Shown: positions 17,753 to 28,547 of the stretch, in pieces
Position numbering within the stretch: position 1 is the first letter of the stretch
How the letters are laid out: every line of letters starts with the position of its first letter
Assembly: GCA_965219955.1 (NCBI GenBank)
Contig: OZ244799.1
Span: 3,296,001-3,360,000, forward strand
Origin: a bacterium
GTDB taxonomy: Bacteria > UBA8248
Direction: 5' to 3'
Length of the DNA stretch: 64,000 nt
The notes under the pieces: model-generated
Told to the model about the DNA's origin: nothing
Database searches by the model: none
What the model saw: only the letters and a program-made list of their open reading frames with translations
Translations under genes and position numbers: made by a program

Positions 17753-18697
17753 TCAATCTGACTCCGGTCCACCGGGTTTTCTCCGGAGCAAGCGCTCTAT
17801 CTCATCTGCTACCTCGGCGCCGGGAGGCAACTTCCCCTCCTCTGCCTCTTCTTCGAGTTCTCCATCGAACGCATCCTGAAAATCCAAACCTGGGATGTCA
17901 TCCGGGATCTGGCCTTTCTGAACGTCCTCCACATATTTGGCAATGCGAGGATCTCTGGCGATGATTTGCTCAACCTGACCATCAAACGTATCGATGGCGA
18001 TATCGAAATCCTCCAAGGATATTTCAATACCACCCAGGTTACTCAATTTGTCCAACAGGGCGCGCGTTGCTTTCGGGTTGGATAGAGATGCGATGTAGTG
18101 CGGCACATTCACCCATAAGCTCACCGCCGGAAAACCTTCATCCTGCATGAGCGTATGAATGACACCCACGATCCCTGTAGGACCTTCATAGCGTGTAATC
18201 TCCACCCCCGAGGGTTTTACCAATAACGGATCAGTAGCAATAGCCATCAAATGGCTGGGCTGGGTATGCAAATCTCCCGCGAGCAACGCCCCCATCGTCA
18301 CGATCATGCGCGCACCGTAGTGGCTGCCTATCGCCAGCACATCGCGGCTAAAGTGTTTCCATTTCAAATGAGGTTCCGTACCGATCCCTACGAGCAGGTC
18401 ACGCGCCAGGCCCGGCGTTTGACAATAGAAAAATTCGTTCAGCGGCCAGGTAATCTGCCGCTCACCGGTTTCGCTGAGCTTGACTGTTGGCCTCTGATCC
18501 GCAAATTGGAAAAAATCATCCGACTGGATTTGCGCTACACGCTTTCCCTGGAAATGTTGAATCAAATAGCGCGCCGCCGCCGTTGCGGACTCCGCCGCAT
18601 CATTCCATCCAGAGAATGCCATAACAAACAAAGGATCGTTGGCGTCCTCCACCTCATGGAAAAAAGTGACGCCCATATTCAAGACCTCCATTCTCAC
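17753..18697 (-). CDS. PAC2 (proteasome assembly chaperone) family protein
   Basis: AFSGWNDAAESAT, F..RP.V, GTEPHLKW, YEGPTGIVG, VPHYI..NPKAT motifs. Confidence 0.85.
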   Translation of the reverse strand: MRMEVLNMGVTFFHEVEDANDPLFVMAFSGWNDAAESATAAARYLIQHFQGKRVAQIQSDDFFQFADQRPTVKLSETGERQITWPLNEFFYCQTPGLARDLLVGIGTEPHLKWKHFSRDVLAIGSHYGARMIVTMGALLAGDLHTQPSHLMAIATDPLLVKPSGVEITRYEGPTGIVGVIHTLMQDEGFPAVSLWVNVPHYIASLSNPKATRALLDKLSNLGGIEISLEDFDIAIDTFDGQVEQIIARDPRIAKYVEDVQKGQIPDDIPGLDFQDAFDGELEEEAEEGKLPPGAEVADEIERLLRRKPGGPESD

Positions 18698-18794
18698 GTC
18701 GTATGTCTAGATTTTTCCAAATTCAACAGGGAGAACATGTCCGTCCATATCACTTGTTTAGAGCAAACTTCTCCTCCCCCGATCGTTTCTCCTA

Positions 18795-20000
18795 TCAGGC
18801 TTCTTTTGGAAAATTCCCGCTCTCCGGTGGATGGGTGAATAAATTGCTCCTGTGCCCTTCCAACCCGGGCGTTTCCCATGAGGGAGCACCCCCCATCTCG
18901 GGCAACTCGCCTTGCGCCACTTCTTTTTGGAGTCTCCTCCACTCGTTCTGGAGATCCAGTGAATGGCCCCTGAAATGCGGCATGACGTACCGCGCGAACA
19001 TCTCGAGTGAGTTTCTTATTTTCTGATCGCCCACCCATTCGTGCGTCGTGAGCATGAGTCCGCCGAATCCGCCTGATTCCTCCTGCATTTTCTCTATCAT
19101 CTCAATCGCGTCATCCGGAGTGCCCACTATCCAGTATCTTTGCTCTGCGGCAACTTTCGGGGTGATTTCAGAACGCGGCTGATCAGGATACGCCTCATAA
19201 GCAGGTTTCAATCCGATATCCATGAAGTAATTCATATCGCGCTGGGCAATTTTTTCGACGTCAGCCCATGCCTTCTCTCGGCTTTCGGCAAGATGCACGT
19301 ACGTTGTGATTCTCCAGTTCTCGCGCGACACTCGCGTGCCGTATTTTTGCGCGCATTCCTCCATATAGGGCCATTGCTCGGAAAGCGAGAGGTTCTCCAT
19401 GATTTTCTTGCCGCCGAAGGAGAGCAAAATCATCTCGTGCCGAGCGGCCATATCGATTGCGCCACGACTCCCCGCCGACGCGATGGCTAACGGCATTCTG
19501 GGCTTTTGGTAGGAGCGTACCTGCAGACACACATTTTTCAACTTCCAGAACCGTCCCTCATAATCGAAAGGCTCAGGCGATTCCAGGAGCTTGATCATGA
19601 TATCCACCGATTCGTTCATCATCGGACGTAGATCACCCGAAGGAATGTCGAACAGCTTGATGTCGCTTACCAAATTGCTCGGGCCCACTCCAAAAATGAC
19701 GCGTCCTCTGGTGAGTTGGTCCAAAAACGCCATTCGCTCCGCCAAGTGAAACGGATGATGAAAAGGGACGCTGATCACGGAAGTACCCAATCGAATTCGC
19801 TTCGCCCTGGCCGCAGCCATGGCAAGAGCCATCTCCGGTGCCGGCATCGTCTCCCAACCACCGGAATGGTGCTCACCGATATAGAATTCATCAAAATCCA
19901 GTTCATCGGCATATTCGATGAGTGAAATATCACGCTGATAGGCAAGCGACGGATTTTCAGAAGGGTGGTGAATCGGCATCATGAAAAAGGAAAATTTCAA
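18795..20000 (-). CDS. LLM-class flavin-dependent monooxygenase (limonene 1,2-monooxygenase-like)
   Basis: ADELDFDEFYIGEHHSGGWE, RIRLGTSV, LDQLTRGR, VGTPDD, FARYVMPHF. Confidence 0.88.
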   Translation of the reverse strand: MKFSFFMMPIHHPSENPSLAYQRDISLIEYADELDFDEFYIGEHHSGGWETMPAPEMALAMAAARAKRIRLGTSVISVPFHHPFHLAERMAFLDQLTRGRVIFGVGPSNLVSDIKLFDIPSGDLRPMMNESVDIMIKLLESPEPFDYEGRFWKLKNVCLQVRSYQKPRMPLAIASAGSRGAIDMAARHEMILLSFGGKKIMENLSLSEQWPYMEECAQKYGTRVSRENWRITTYVHLAESREKAWADVEKIAQRDMNYFMDIGLKPAYEAYPDQPRSEITPKVAAEQRYWIVGTPDDAIEMIEKMQEESGGFGGLMLTTHEWVGDQKIRNSLEMFARYVMPHFRGHSLDLQNEWRRLQKEVAQGELPEMGGAPSWETPGLEGHRSNLFTHPPESGNFPKEA

Positions 20001-20197
20001 GGCGAGTTCCCCCCTCCAATAGAAGTGTGAACTGGAAAATCATGAATCTTTCAAGTGATGATATCCTATTTACGAATTTCCAGCATCCCGCAATTAAAAT
20101 CAAAACCTCCTCCTCTTGTCATGATCCTCTTATTCCTCCATTATCCTCGCGCTTTGGGCGCATCCCCGGATATCGCGAAATCTGACTCGAGGTAAAA

Positions 20198-22003
20198 TTG
20201 GCTATCACGGAACGAACCGAACTGAGAAATCTCGCCATCATCGCTCATGTCGACCACGGCAAGACCACCCTGGTGGATTCGATGCTCTGGCAAAGCGGCA
20301 TCTTCCGCGAAGGGCAAGACGTGGCCGATCGCGTACTTGATTCGATGGATCTCGAGCGGGAGAAGGGAATCACCATCATGGCGAAAAACTGCGCCATTGA
20401 TTTCAAAGGCATCCGCTACAACATCGTGGACACGCCGGGCCATGCGGACTTCGGCGGCGAGGTGGAGCGCGTCCTCTCCATGGTGGATGGCGTGATGCTT
20501 TTGGTCGATGCTTCGGAAGGGCCTCTGCCGCAAACACGGTTCGTGGTCAGCAAAGCCCTGGAGCGGGAACTCCCCTTCGTCGTGGTCATCAATAAGATTG
20601 ACCGCTCTGACGCAAGACCAGAGCAGGTACTCGACGAAATCTACGACCTGTTCATCGATCTGGATGCCGGCGAAGCCCAGCTCGATTTTCCCGTGCTCTA
20701 CGCCGTCGCTCGCGAGGGCAAGGCCGGCTTCGAGCCCGATGCCCTCTCTCCGACACTGGAGCCTTTATTCCATACACTCCAAAGTGATATCCCCCCTCCC
20801 TCATACGACGCGGACAAACCACTTCAAATGCTCATCTCCCGACTGGAATACGATAGTTATGTCGGTCGTCTCTCCATCGGTCGAATTTGGAATGGGCAAC
20901 TCAAGGCAAAGACCCAAGCCCTGGTTCTGGGGCCAAACGGGAACCAGATAAAAGGGGAGATCGCCTCTTTATTCGGCTATGAAGGGTTGAGCCGCTACCA
21001 GATGGAAGAAGCGCGCGGAGGTGACATCGTTGCCGTAGCCGGCTTGGAGGAGGTGGAAATCGGTGACACCATAGCAGATGTGGACAACCCGGTCCCGCTT
21101 CCCGCCATCAGCGTGGATGAGCCCACCATCGCCATGAATTTCAGGATCAACGATACTCCCCTGGCAGGCCGCAGCGGGAAATACCTCACCTCGCGCCAGA
21201 TCCGAGAAAGGCTCTTGAGGGAGGCGAAGAACAATGTGGCCATTAAAATCGAGGAGACCAACACCGCGGATACCTTGCGCGTGTCCGGCCGAGGTTCTTT
21301 GCAACTCGCCGTCCTGATCGAGCAACTCCGGCGCGAGCAATACGAACTCACCGTCGGCCGACCCGAAGTCATCACGCGCAAAGAAGGCGGCCAAATCCTG
21401 GAGCCCATGGAAAACGTGGTAGCAGACATTCCGGAAGAATTCATCGGGGCCATTACACAGGGTCTGGGAGCGCGCAAAGGTAAAATGACCAAAATGATCA
21501 ACCATGGAAAAGGGCGCGCGCGGCTCGAATTTTCCATTCCCAGCCGGGGCCTCATCGGCTATCGCAACGAATTCCTCACCCAAACGCGGGGAACAGGCAT
21601 ACTCACTCACATTTTCGCCGGATGGGGGGAATGGGCGGGCGAGCTCCCGGGCAGGTCGACAGGCGCATTGATATCGGATCGTGCGGGCAAAACCACGTCA
21701 TACGCGGTGGAAAACATCCAAGAGCGCGGAACTCTCTTCGTCGCGCCGACGGAAGAAGTCTATGAAGGAATGATCATCGGCGAGAACAGCCGCGAACAGG
21801 ACATGTTCGTCAACATTTCAAAGGAAAAGAAACTCACCAACATCCGGGCAGCCCACGCCGACATATCCGCTCAACTCATACCGCCCAAACGATTCAGCCT
21901 GGAAGAAGCGCTCGAATTCTTGCGCGAGGGCGAATGCCTGGAAGTAACTCCCGAAATCTTCCGGTTGCGTAAAACGAAACTAAAAGCCAGAAAACACGCC
22001 TAA
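20198..22003 (+). CDS. typA: Translational GTPase TypA/BipA
   Basis: [49 protein letters not shown]-like segment, KKLTNIRA. Confidence 0.96.
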   Translation: MAITERTELRNLAIIAHVDHGKTTLVDSMLWQSGIFREGQDVADRVLDSMDLEREKGITIMAKNCAIDFKGIRYNIVDTPGHADFGGEVERVLSMVDGVMLLVDASEGPLPQTRFVVSKALERELPFVVVINKIDRSDARPEQVLDEIYDLFIDLDAGEAQLDFPVLYAVAREGKAGFEPDALSPTLEPLFHTLQSDIPPPSYDADKPLQMLISRLEYDSYVGRLSIGRIWNGQLKAKTQALVLGPNGNQIKGEIASLFGYEGLSRYQMEEARGGDIVAVAGLEEVEIGDTIADVDNPVPLPAISVDEPTIAMNFRINDTPLAGRSGKYLTSRQIRERLLREAKNNVAIKIEETNTADTLRVSGRGSLQLAVLIEQLRREQYELTVGRPEVITRKEGGQILEPMENVVADIPEEFIGAITQGLGARKGKMTKMINHGKGRARLEFSIPSRGLIGYRNEFLTQTRGTGILTHIFAGWGEWAGELPGRSTGALISDRAGKTTSYAVENIQERGTLFVAPTEEVYEGMIIGENSREQDMFVNISKEKKLTNIRAAHADISAQLIPPKRFSLEEALEFLREGECLEVTPEIFRLRKTKLKARKHA

Positions 22004-22007
22004 TGCG

Positions 22008-22505
22008 CTAGCCATCCAGCACCTTGTTCCACTCTGAAATCCTGTCTTTTTGCGCTTCGAACAACCCGGAGGCGTCACCTTCGACCTCGATTTTTTCAAT
22101 CCCGTCACCCTGCTCAATCGCATTCACCACGTCCTGCCCGGAAGTGACGCGCCCAAAAACGGTATGATTGCCGTCGAGCCAGGCGGTGGGCACATGGGTG
22201 ATGAAAAACTGAGAACCATTCGTGCCCGGACCCGCATTCGCCATCGAGAGAACACCGGGACCGTCGTGGGGAAGATCCGGGGAGCATTCATCCTCAAACT
22301 GATAGCCGGGACCACCCGTTCCAGCACCCAATGGACAGCCACCCTGAATCATGAAATCAGAGATCACACGGTGAAAAATAAGGCCATCGTAGAAACCCCG
22401 CTTGGCGAGGTTTACAAAGCTGGCCACTGTCACCGGGGTTTTGTCTTCATGCAAATCGAGCCGTATCTCACCCCGGCTCGTCTTTATTACAGCGGAAAGC
22501 GCCAT
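22008..22505 (-). CDS. Cyclophilin-type peptidyl-prolyl cis-trans isomerase
   Basis: [41 protein letters not shown]. Confidence 0.95.
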   Translation of the reverse strand: MALSAVIKTSRGEIRLDLHEDKTPVTVASFVNLAKRGFYDGLIFHRVISDFMIQGGCPLGAGTGGPGYQFEDECSPDLPHDGPGVLSMANAGPGTNGSQFFITHVPTAWLDGNHTVFGRVTSGQDVVNAIEQGDGIEKIEVEGDASGLFEAQKDRISEWNKVLDG

Positions 22506-22623
22506 GAATTGCTCCTTTAGAATATAGGCGGGCGCAAAAACATCGTCACCCATGAATGCACCAAACGTGAATCCCAGAGTTGACGGCGAAGAATAACAGA
22601 ACCGTCCTTTCCGGTCTAAACCC

Positions 22624-23637
22624 TTACGGGTTTCCTTTCAGCTCGAAAACCTCCGCCAAAAGCTCATAGGACTTCACCCTGGCCTCGAAGCTGTGCATCA
22701 CGTTCACGACGACGAGTTCCTCGACTTTGTGTTCGGAAGCCAAGGTCTCGAGCCTTTTCTTGACCTGTTCCGGATCCCCGGCGATGGTTCTGCTGTCGAT
22801 ATCCTCAGCGAAGGCGCGCTCCATGTTCGTCCACGGGTAGGCGAGCGCCTCCTCGGGCGTAGGCACGCCGCCTCCCTCGCCGCGGCGGCTTCTGAGCATA
22901 ACCAGGGGCCTGCTGGCCGCATGGTAGAACGCTTCTTCTTCGGTGGGCGCGCAGATCACAAAAACCGCCAGACTTCCCGCGGGCTTCCTGCATTTGGCCG
23001 ATGGGCGAAAATCCCTCCGGTACATATCCATGACCTGGACGCTGCCATACGTGTTGATGAAATGTGCGAATGAAAAAGCGCAACCAAAATGAGCGGCGAG
23101 AATCGCGCTTTGATCCGAGGTTCCCAGGAGCCAGATCTCAGGCGCCGTCTCTCCGCTGGGCATAGCGCTTATACGGGCGAAGGGGTGATCTTCGGGCAAC
23201 GACCCTTCAACCCAACCCCGGAGGTCCGAGACCTTTTGCGGGAAATCATCGTAGCGAAAACCACTCTGCTCGGGCGCCAAAGCCGCGGATGTGAGTCTGT
23301 CCGCTCCAGGAGCGCGGCCCAAACCCAAATCGATGCGGCCCGGGTAGAGGGTCTCCAGCACCCGGAACGATTCGGCCACCTTGAGTGCGCTGTAATGACT
23401 GAGCATGACCCCGCCCGACCCCACGCGAATCGTCTCGGTCGTCGCGGCAATCCGGCCGATCAAGACTTCGGGCGACGTGCCCGCAAACGCCCCATGGCTG
23501 TGATGTTCCGCCAGCCAGTAGCGGTGATAGCCCAGGCGTTCGGCAACTTGCGCCAACTCGACGGTCTCGCCGATGGCGTCCGCCGCCGTTCCTCCCGATC
23601 GGATCGGAGATTGATCCAAAACACTCAAACGAATCAT
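22624..23637 (-). CDS. LLM-class flavin-dependent oxidoreductase (luciferase-like, YhbW type)
   Basis: [50 protein letters not shown]. Confidence 0.92.
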   Translation of the reverse strand: MIRLSVLDQSPIRSGGTAADAIGETVELAQVAERLGYHRYWLAEHHSHGAFAGTSPEVLIGRIAATTETIRVGSGGVMLSHYSALKVAESFRVLETLYPGRIDLGLGRAPGADRLTSAALAPEQSGFRYDDFPQKVSDLRGWVEGSLPEDHPFARISAMPSGETAPEIWLLGTSDQSAILAAHFGCAFSFAHFINTYGSVQVMDMYRRDFRPSAKCRKPAGSLAVFVICAPTEEEAFYHAASRPLVMLRSRRGEGGGVPTPEEALAYPWTNMERAFAEDIDSRTIAGDPEQVKKRLETLASEHKVEELVVVNVMHSFEARVKSYELLAEVFELKGNP

Positions 23638-23677
23638 CTATTCGAGAACCACTTGAAAGCAGAATTCCGGGGAAAGT

Positions 23678-24325
23678 TTATTTCTGAACCGGTTTCACCT
23701 GAATATATTCTTCGAGATGAATCACGCCCTTTGTTCCGCGAATAATCTGAAGAACCAGTTTTTTTTCGAGCTCCGTTCTTGCACGGCCGATTACATAGAC
23801 CTTGTTCCTCACCGACTGCCAGCGGTAATTCACGGAATTCACGCCCTCGGTCGTCAAGAACTGGCCCTTGAGCTTGGCTTCTATCCACGCATCGCTGGCG
23901 ATCCGGCTGAGCTTGACGATATCGCGCTCCACGGCCGGTTGCGTCTTCGCTACCTCGCGGTTGCGCTCCACCTCGGCCGGAGAACCGAGAAGGATATGAT
24001 CATAAACGGCTTTGATTCTGGGGTCGCCCCGCGCAATACTCAAAACACCTTCTCGTTTTCTCTCCGCATCCACCACGCCGGTCAACAACACCCTTCCTTC
24101 CCACACGTCCGTATTCACGTCGACAGGCAAACCACTATCCACACGCAAATACTCTTGCAACAAATTCGCATGTATTTTCGCATCTTCAAGCTGCCGGTTC
24201 AGAGAGCGGTCCTCTAAGGCGCTCTTGATACCCTTTTGGGCGACCAGAAACGCTCCGGGCACACATCCATTTACCCACAATGGCAAAAGCGCGACGATGA
24301 AGATGAACCTGTTGAATTTACTCAA
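23678..24325 (-). CDS. Dual BON-domain lipoprotein (DolP/OsmY-like)
   Basis: Lipobox VNGC; two BON repeats (EDAKI...GRVLLTG; SDAWIEAKLK...VYVIG). Start inferred at TTG 24325. Confidence 0.82.
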   Translation of the reverse strand: MSKFNRFIFIVALLPLWVNGCVPGAFLVAQKGIKSALEDRSLNRQLEDAKIHANLLQEYLRVDSGLPVDVNTDVWEGRVLLTGVVDAERKREGVLSIARGDPRIKAVYDHILLGSPAEVERNREVAKTQPAVERDIVKLSRIASDAWIEAKLKGQFLTTEGVNSVNYRWQSVRNKVYVIGRARTELEKKLVLQIIRGTKGVIHLEEYIQVKPVQK

Positions 24326-24558
24326 GAGTTCCTCTGAAGGGCGACGTGAAACAAAGGCACTCTTTATTTTGCCTTCAGACTTGAGCAGAGGCAACCACCA
24401 GAAAAACGAAAATCCTTCTAAAGCTTCCGCGCCATTATCGAGACCATTCCGCTGTTTCGATTGCAATGCTTTGTGAGAAAACGCATCATGTATCCATTCA
24501 TGAATCAATCGCCACACCATCGAATGTTCACAAGGTCCTTCTTCGCTCAGGAGAAAAA

Positions 24559-24759
24559 ATGCCGATTTCAGACGATTCGTTAAAGTCCCGCTGCGAAGAC
24601 GTGTTCGGAGAATCGCTCGACTCCGAACGTCGCGCCCTGCTCATCGCCACGACAGAAAACATGGAGAAAGGACATCCACCATTGCGGGAACACCTTTCGC
24701 CGAAAACAGAACCTGCCGGACACTGCGGATTCTTGCATTCCCTCGCGAGGGAGAAATAA
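24559..24759 (+). CDS. Small hypothetical protein directly upstream of the amidase
   Basis: ATG 24559 with RBS AGGAG; 66 aa; stop 1 bp before the amidase start. Confidence 0.6.
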   Translation: MPISDDSLKSRCEDVFGESLDSERRALLIATTENMEKGHPPLREHLSPKTEPAGHCGFLHSLAREK

Positions 24760-24760
24760 A

Positions 24761-26173
24761 TTGACAAGCGACATCACGACCCTCACCGCCGCGGAAATCG
24801 TCACGCAAATCAAAGAAAGAACCATCAGCGCCGTCGAAGTCACCGGGGCGCATCTGGAGCGCTCTGAGAAAATCGGGGAGGCTTTGAACTCCTGGATCAA
24901 GCTCGATTCAGAGGGCGCCCTCAAGGCGGCGCAAGAAGTGGACGCCGCCATTGCCCGAGGCGACGACCCGGGACCCATGGCCGGCGCGCCGATAGGCTTG
25001 AAAGACTTGATCGACATGGAGGGTCTGCCTACCACGGCGGGCAGCATCATCGACAAAAACAACGTCGCGGACTCAGATGCCTTGCTGGCCCGAAAGATAC
25101 GCCGCGCCGGCGGCGTGATACTCGGAAAACTCAACCTGCATGAATTCGCATTCGGCCCCACCGGGCACAATCCCCATTACGGGGATCAGAAAAACCCTTG
25201 GGATACCGATCGGGTCACGGGCGGGTCGAGCGGCGGTTCGGGCAACAGCGTTGCGACGGGCCAGGTTTCCATCGCCATCGGTTCCGACACGGGCGGGTCC
25301 ATTCGGATTCCCGCATCCCTATGCGGCGTCATCGGACATAAACCCACGCATGGGCTCGTCACGAAATCGAACTGCGCGCCGTTGTCGTGGTCGCTCGATT
25401 CCTTCGGGCCATTGTCGAGGTCCGCCCGGGACTGCGCGCTCATGATGTCCGCCATCGCGGGACACGACCCGGCCGACGCCTCATCCATCGCCTGTGAGCC
25501 GCTCGACTTCATGGGGGCGCTGAACAAGCCCATCGAAGAGTTCCGCATCGGCCACGCGCGAGAATACTATGAACAACGCTCGGAACCTCCCGTGGCGGAA
25601 GCGGTGAACAATCTGGCCAAGACGCTTCAGGAAATGGGCGCCAAAGTTGTCGATATTGAAATACCCGACGTTGAAACCGCGTTTCATGCGGCCGCCGTGT
25701 TGATGGTATCCGAAGCGGCGGCCGTGCATGAAAAAAACATAAAAGAAAACGCGCAAGATTTCGATCCCGCGGTTCTCGAGAGAATCAGGCCCGGTTTTTT
25801 CATTCCCGCCACATCGTATATCCAGGCGCTTCGATTCCGGGAGCAATGGACGAAGCAAGTCTGCAGGGAAGTATACGGTCAGGTAGACCTCGTTCTCTCC
25901 GCCGCCACGCCGGTCCCCGCCGCTTTGCGCTCTCAGTCGACCGGAACGGTGCGTGGGAAAGAAGTCGAGATTCGAACGCTCATGATCTCCTTGACGAGGC
26001 TTTGGAATTTCCTCGGCGGACCGTCGACGGCCTTTCCATCGGGCATGAGCGAGGAGGGTCTACCGCTTGGCGCGCAAATCATGGGCGCGCCTTTTGCGGA
26101 CCACCATACGCTGGCGTTGGTGCATCAACTCGAGAAAATGGGTGTGGTGAAAGTGGAGATGCCGCCTCTATAG
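24761..26173 (+). CDS. Amidase signature family enzyme (GatA/AtzE-like)
   Basis: GLKDL, GKLNLHEFAFG, GGSSGGS, GSDTGGSIRIPAS catalytic signature. Confidence 0.93.
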   Translation: MTSDITTLTAAEIVTQIKERTISAVEVTGAHLERSEKIGEALNSWIKLDSEGALKAAQEVDAAIARGDDPGPMAGAPIGLKDLIDMEGLPTTAGSIIDKNNVADSDALLARKIRRAGGVILGKLNLHEFAFGPTGHNPHYGDQKNPWDTDRVTGGSSGGSGNSVATGQVSIAIGSDTGGSIRIPASLCGVIGHKPTHGLVTKSNCAPLSWSLDSFGPLSRSARDCALMMSAIAGHDPADASSIACEPLDFMGALNKPIEEFRIGHAREYYEQRSEPPVAEAVNNLAKTLQEMGAKVVDIEIPDVETAFHAAAVLMVSEAAAVHEKNIKENAQDFDPAVLERIRPGFFIPATSYIQALRFREQWTKQVCREVYGQVDLVLSAATPVPAALRSQSTGTVRGKEVEIRTLMISLTRLWNFLGGPSTAFPSGMSEEGLPLGAQIMGAPFADHHTLALVHQLEKMGVVKVEMPPL

Positions 26174-26188
26174 CTCAGAGGCGCTGCT

Positions 26189-27445
26189 CTACTCCGGCCT
26201 GGCTCCGTCCGGACCCATCGGGAACTTCTCACAAAGCGAGCGTACGTCTTCCCTTACCGAGGCGATGCGCGCCTCATCCGTGATATCGGCCAGCACGTCG
26301 GCTATCCAGCCGCCCACGACTTTCATCTCGGCCTCTTTCATGTGGCGCGAAGTCAACGCGGGCGTCCCGACGCGGATCCCGCTCGTGAAAGCCGGTTTCC
26401 TGGTGTCGAAAGGAATCGCATTTTTATTCACCGTGATTCCCGCCTGGCCCAGGGCGGCTTCCGCCTTCTTGCCGCTGAAACCGGCCTCACGCAGATCGAG
26501 CAGAATCAGGTGATTGTCCGTGCCGCCCGAGACGAGGTGGATGCCGCGCTTCAGGAGTGCGTCCGCGAGCGCCTTTGCATTTTTCACAATCTGCTCCGCA
26601 TAGGCCCTGAACTCCGGGGTGCTTGCCTCCTTGAACGCCACCGCCTTGGCTGCGACGACGTGCATCAAGGGTCCGCCTTGAAGGCCGGGGAAAACAGCTT
26701 TGTTCATCCCGGCCGCGTAGTCTTCGTCGCAAAGAATCATCCCGCCGCGAGGACCCCGGAGCGTCTTGTGCGTCGTGGTCGTGACAATCTGCGCATGGCC
26801 CGCGGGGCTGGGGTGCGCACCGCCTGCGATGAGACCCGCAACGTGGGCGATATCCGCCATCACCACGGCGCCCACCTCATCCGCAATCTCCCTGAAGCGC
26901 GCATAATCGATCGAACGCGGATACGCGCTCGCCCCCACGACGATGATTTTGGGACGGTGCTCCTTTGCCTGGCTTTCCACTTCGTCAAAATCGATGACGT
27001 GGTTTTCGGGATCCACGCCATACGCCACCACCTTGAACCAACGGCCCGAGAAGGTGACGGGGTGGCCGTGAGTGAGGTGGCCCCCATGCGAGAGGTTCAT
27101 TCCCAAAAGCGTATCGCCCGGTTCGAGTAGGCCGTAATACACCGCGGCGTTCGCCTGGGCGCCGCTGTGCGGCTGCACGGAGGCGTGATCCATGCCGAAA
27201 AGAGACTTCGCCCGCTCGATGGCGAGGGATTCGGCCACGTCTACGAACTGACACCCGCCATAGTAGCGCCTTCCCGGAAATCCCTCCGCGTATTTGTTCG
27301 TCATCACGCCGCCCACCGCTTCCATCACTGCTTCGCTCACATAGTTCTCCGAAGCGATGAGTTCGAGCTCGTCCGCCTGGCGTTCTCTTTCATCTTCCAT
27401 GGCGGCGAAAATATCGGGATCTCTCAGCGCAAGTGCCGACGACAT
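26189..27445 (-). CDS. glyA: Serine hydroxymethyltransferase
   Basis: [38 protein letters not shown] lysine motif. Confidence 0.97.
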   Translation of the reverse strand: MSSALALRDPDIFAAMEDERERQADELELIASENYVSEAVMEAVGGVMTNKYAEGFPGRRYYGGCQFVDVAESLAIERAKSLFGMDHASVQPHSGAQANAAVYYGLLEPGDTLLGMNLSHGGHLTHGHPVTFSGRWFKVVAYGVDPENHVIDFDEVESQAKEHRPKIIVVGASAYPRSIDYARFREIADEVGAVVMADIAHVAGLIAGGAHPSPAGHAQIVTTTTHKTLRGPRGGMILCDEDYAAGMNKAVFPGLQGGPLMHVVAAKAVAFKEASTPEFRAYAEQIVKNAKALADALLKRGIHLVSGGTDNHLILLDLREAGFSGKKAEAALGQAGITVNKNAIPFDTRKPAFTSGIRVGTPALTSRHMKEAEMKVVGGWIADVLADITDEARIASVREDVRSLCEKFPMGPDGARPE

Positions 27446-27510
27446 CGAGTGGGACCTCCAGATTTTCTGTTCAGGCGTGGGGAATGTTTCGGAACATCTC
27501 GGGCGGATTG

Positions 27511-27539
27511 AAGCTAACAAACCGACCTCAAGACGTCAA
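27511..27539 (-). promoter_or_regulatory. Candidate sigma70 promoter of glyA
   Basis: Minus strand TTGACG-17 bp (ending TGn)-TAGCTT. Confidence 0.45.
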
Positions 27540-27608
27540 TATCAAATGACAAATGTGCCATTATGACGCAAAAGGTATAATGACATTCAGAAACTTCACG
27601 AAAAGGAA

Positions 27609-28079
27609 TTGATGATGCCGAACGAAACCGATGATTTGCTCGATATCTCCTCGGATGGAGTACCCAACACGTCGCTTCCGCCTGAGCCGGAAGAACTCGG
27701 CGCGCTGGATTCGCTGTGCGATGTAATTTTATCGAGCGAGGAAAACCGCGGGCCATCTATGGAGAAACTGCAAAGCCTCGTGGCGCGCTATCCGGAAGCC
27801 CTATCCGGCTGGGTGGCCATGGGGCGGATTGCGCTTGCAAACGAAGAGACGATCAGCGCATACGCCTACTTTCGGGTCGCCTACCACAGGGGGCTGGACA
27901 AGGCCCGCGCCTCGGGCTGGCGCGGCGATGGGCGCATCCCCTGGGAAATCACCGCCAACCAGCCGTTTTTGCGCGCCATTCAAGGCTTGGCGCAATGCGC
28001 CGACGCCATCGGAGAATCCGCCGAGGCGAAACGCTGCAATGAATTTCTGGGAATGCTCGACCCGAATCATCCGTTCTAA
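27609..28079 (+). CDS. DUF3151-family protein
   Basis: AYAYFRVAYHRGLD..R.SGWRG.G.IPWE..ANQPFLRA matches the recalled DUF3151 signature. Confidence 0.8.
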   Translation: MMMPNETDDLLDISSDGVPNTSLPPEPEELGALDSLCDVILSSEENRGPSMEKLQSLVARYPEALSGWVAMGRIALANEETISAYAYFRVAYHRGLDKARASGWRGDGRIPWEITANQPFLRAIQGLAQCADAIGESAEAKRCNEFLGMLDPNHPF

Positions 28080-28193
28080 TACGACGTTTTCTTCATACGA
28101 TGTGTGGAACCTGAGAAGAATGCCTGCGAAGCGGCTGATCGCTACGCCGATACCAAAGAATAAAAAAATCCATCCTCAGGATGAGCTTTCCGC

Positions 28194-28520
28194 TCACCCC
28201 CCCATGTATTGTCCCATCAAGAGGACGAGGTCGCCTTCTTTCATCTCGGAATCGAGCGTGTGGTGAATACCCAGGAGCGCATCGTTTACGGCAATTTCGA
28301 GGTGTTCGGCCAGTTGGCCGGTGCCGTTGTGCCAAAGCGCTTCGTCCAGGGACCTGTAGCGCCGGCTCATCTTTTTGAGGACTTCGCGAAGCGTGGCGCC
28401 TTCGGGCACTTCCTCATCGAAAACCTTGCGTTCGTTCCCGTCACCGCCCACGAAAGTCGACGCCCAGGAGATGAACTCCAGCCGGACACGAATCGCCTTG
28501 ACGCTTTTCGTCTCGTTCAT
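28194..28520 (-). CDS. MoaD/ThiS-family ubiquitin-like sulfur carrier
   Basis: Beta-grasp pattern (EGATLREVL...IAVND...KEGDLV) and C-terminal GG; last gene of the AOR operon. Confidence 0.85.
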   Translation of the reverse strand: MNETKSVKAIRVRLEFISWASTFVGGDGNERKVFDEEVPEGATLREVLKKMSRRYRSLDEALWHNGTGQLAEHLEIAVNDALLGIHHTLDSEMKEGDLVLLMGQYMGG

Positions 28521-28547
28521 CGCGTCATCCCCTGTCTCCAAGGTGAG

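Noticed and set aside
27446-27510. ZMP/ZTP or glycine riboswitch upstream of glyA
   Set aside because: The leader is short and lacks the conserved aptamer motifs; only a small hairpin is present.
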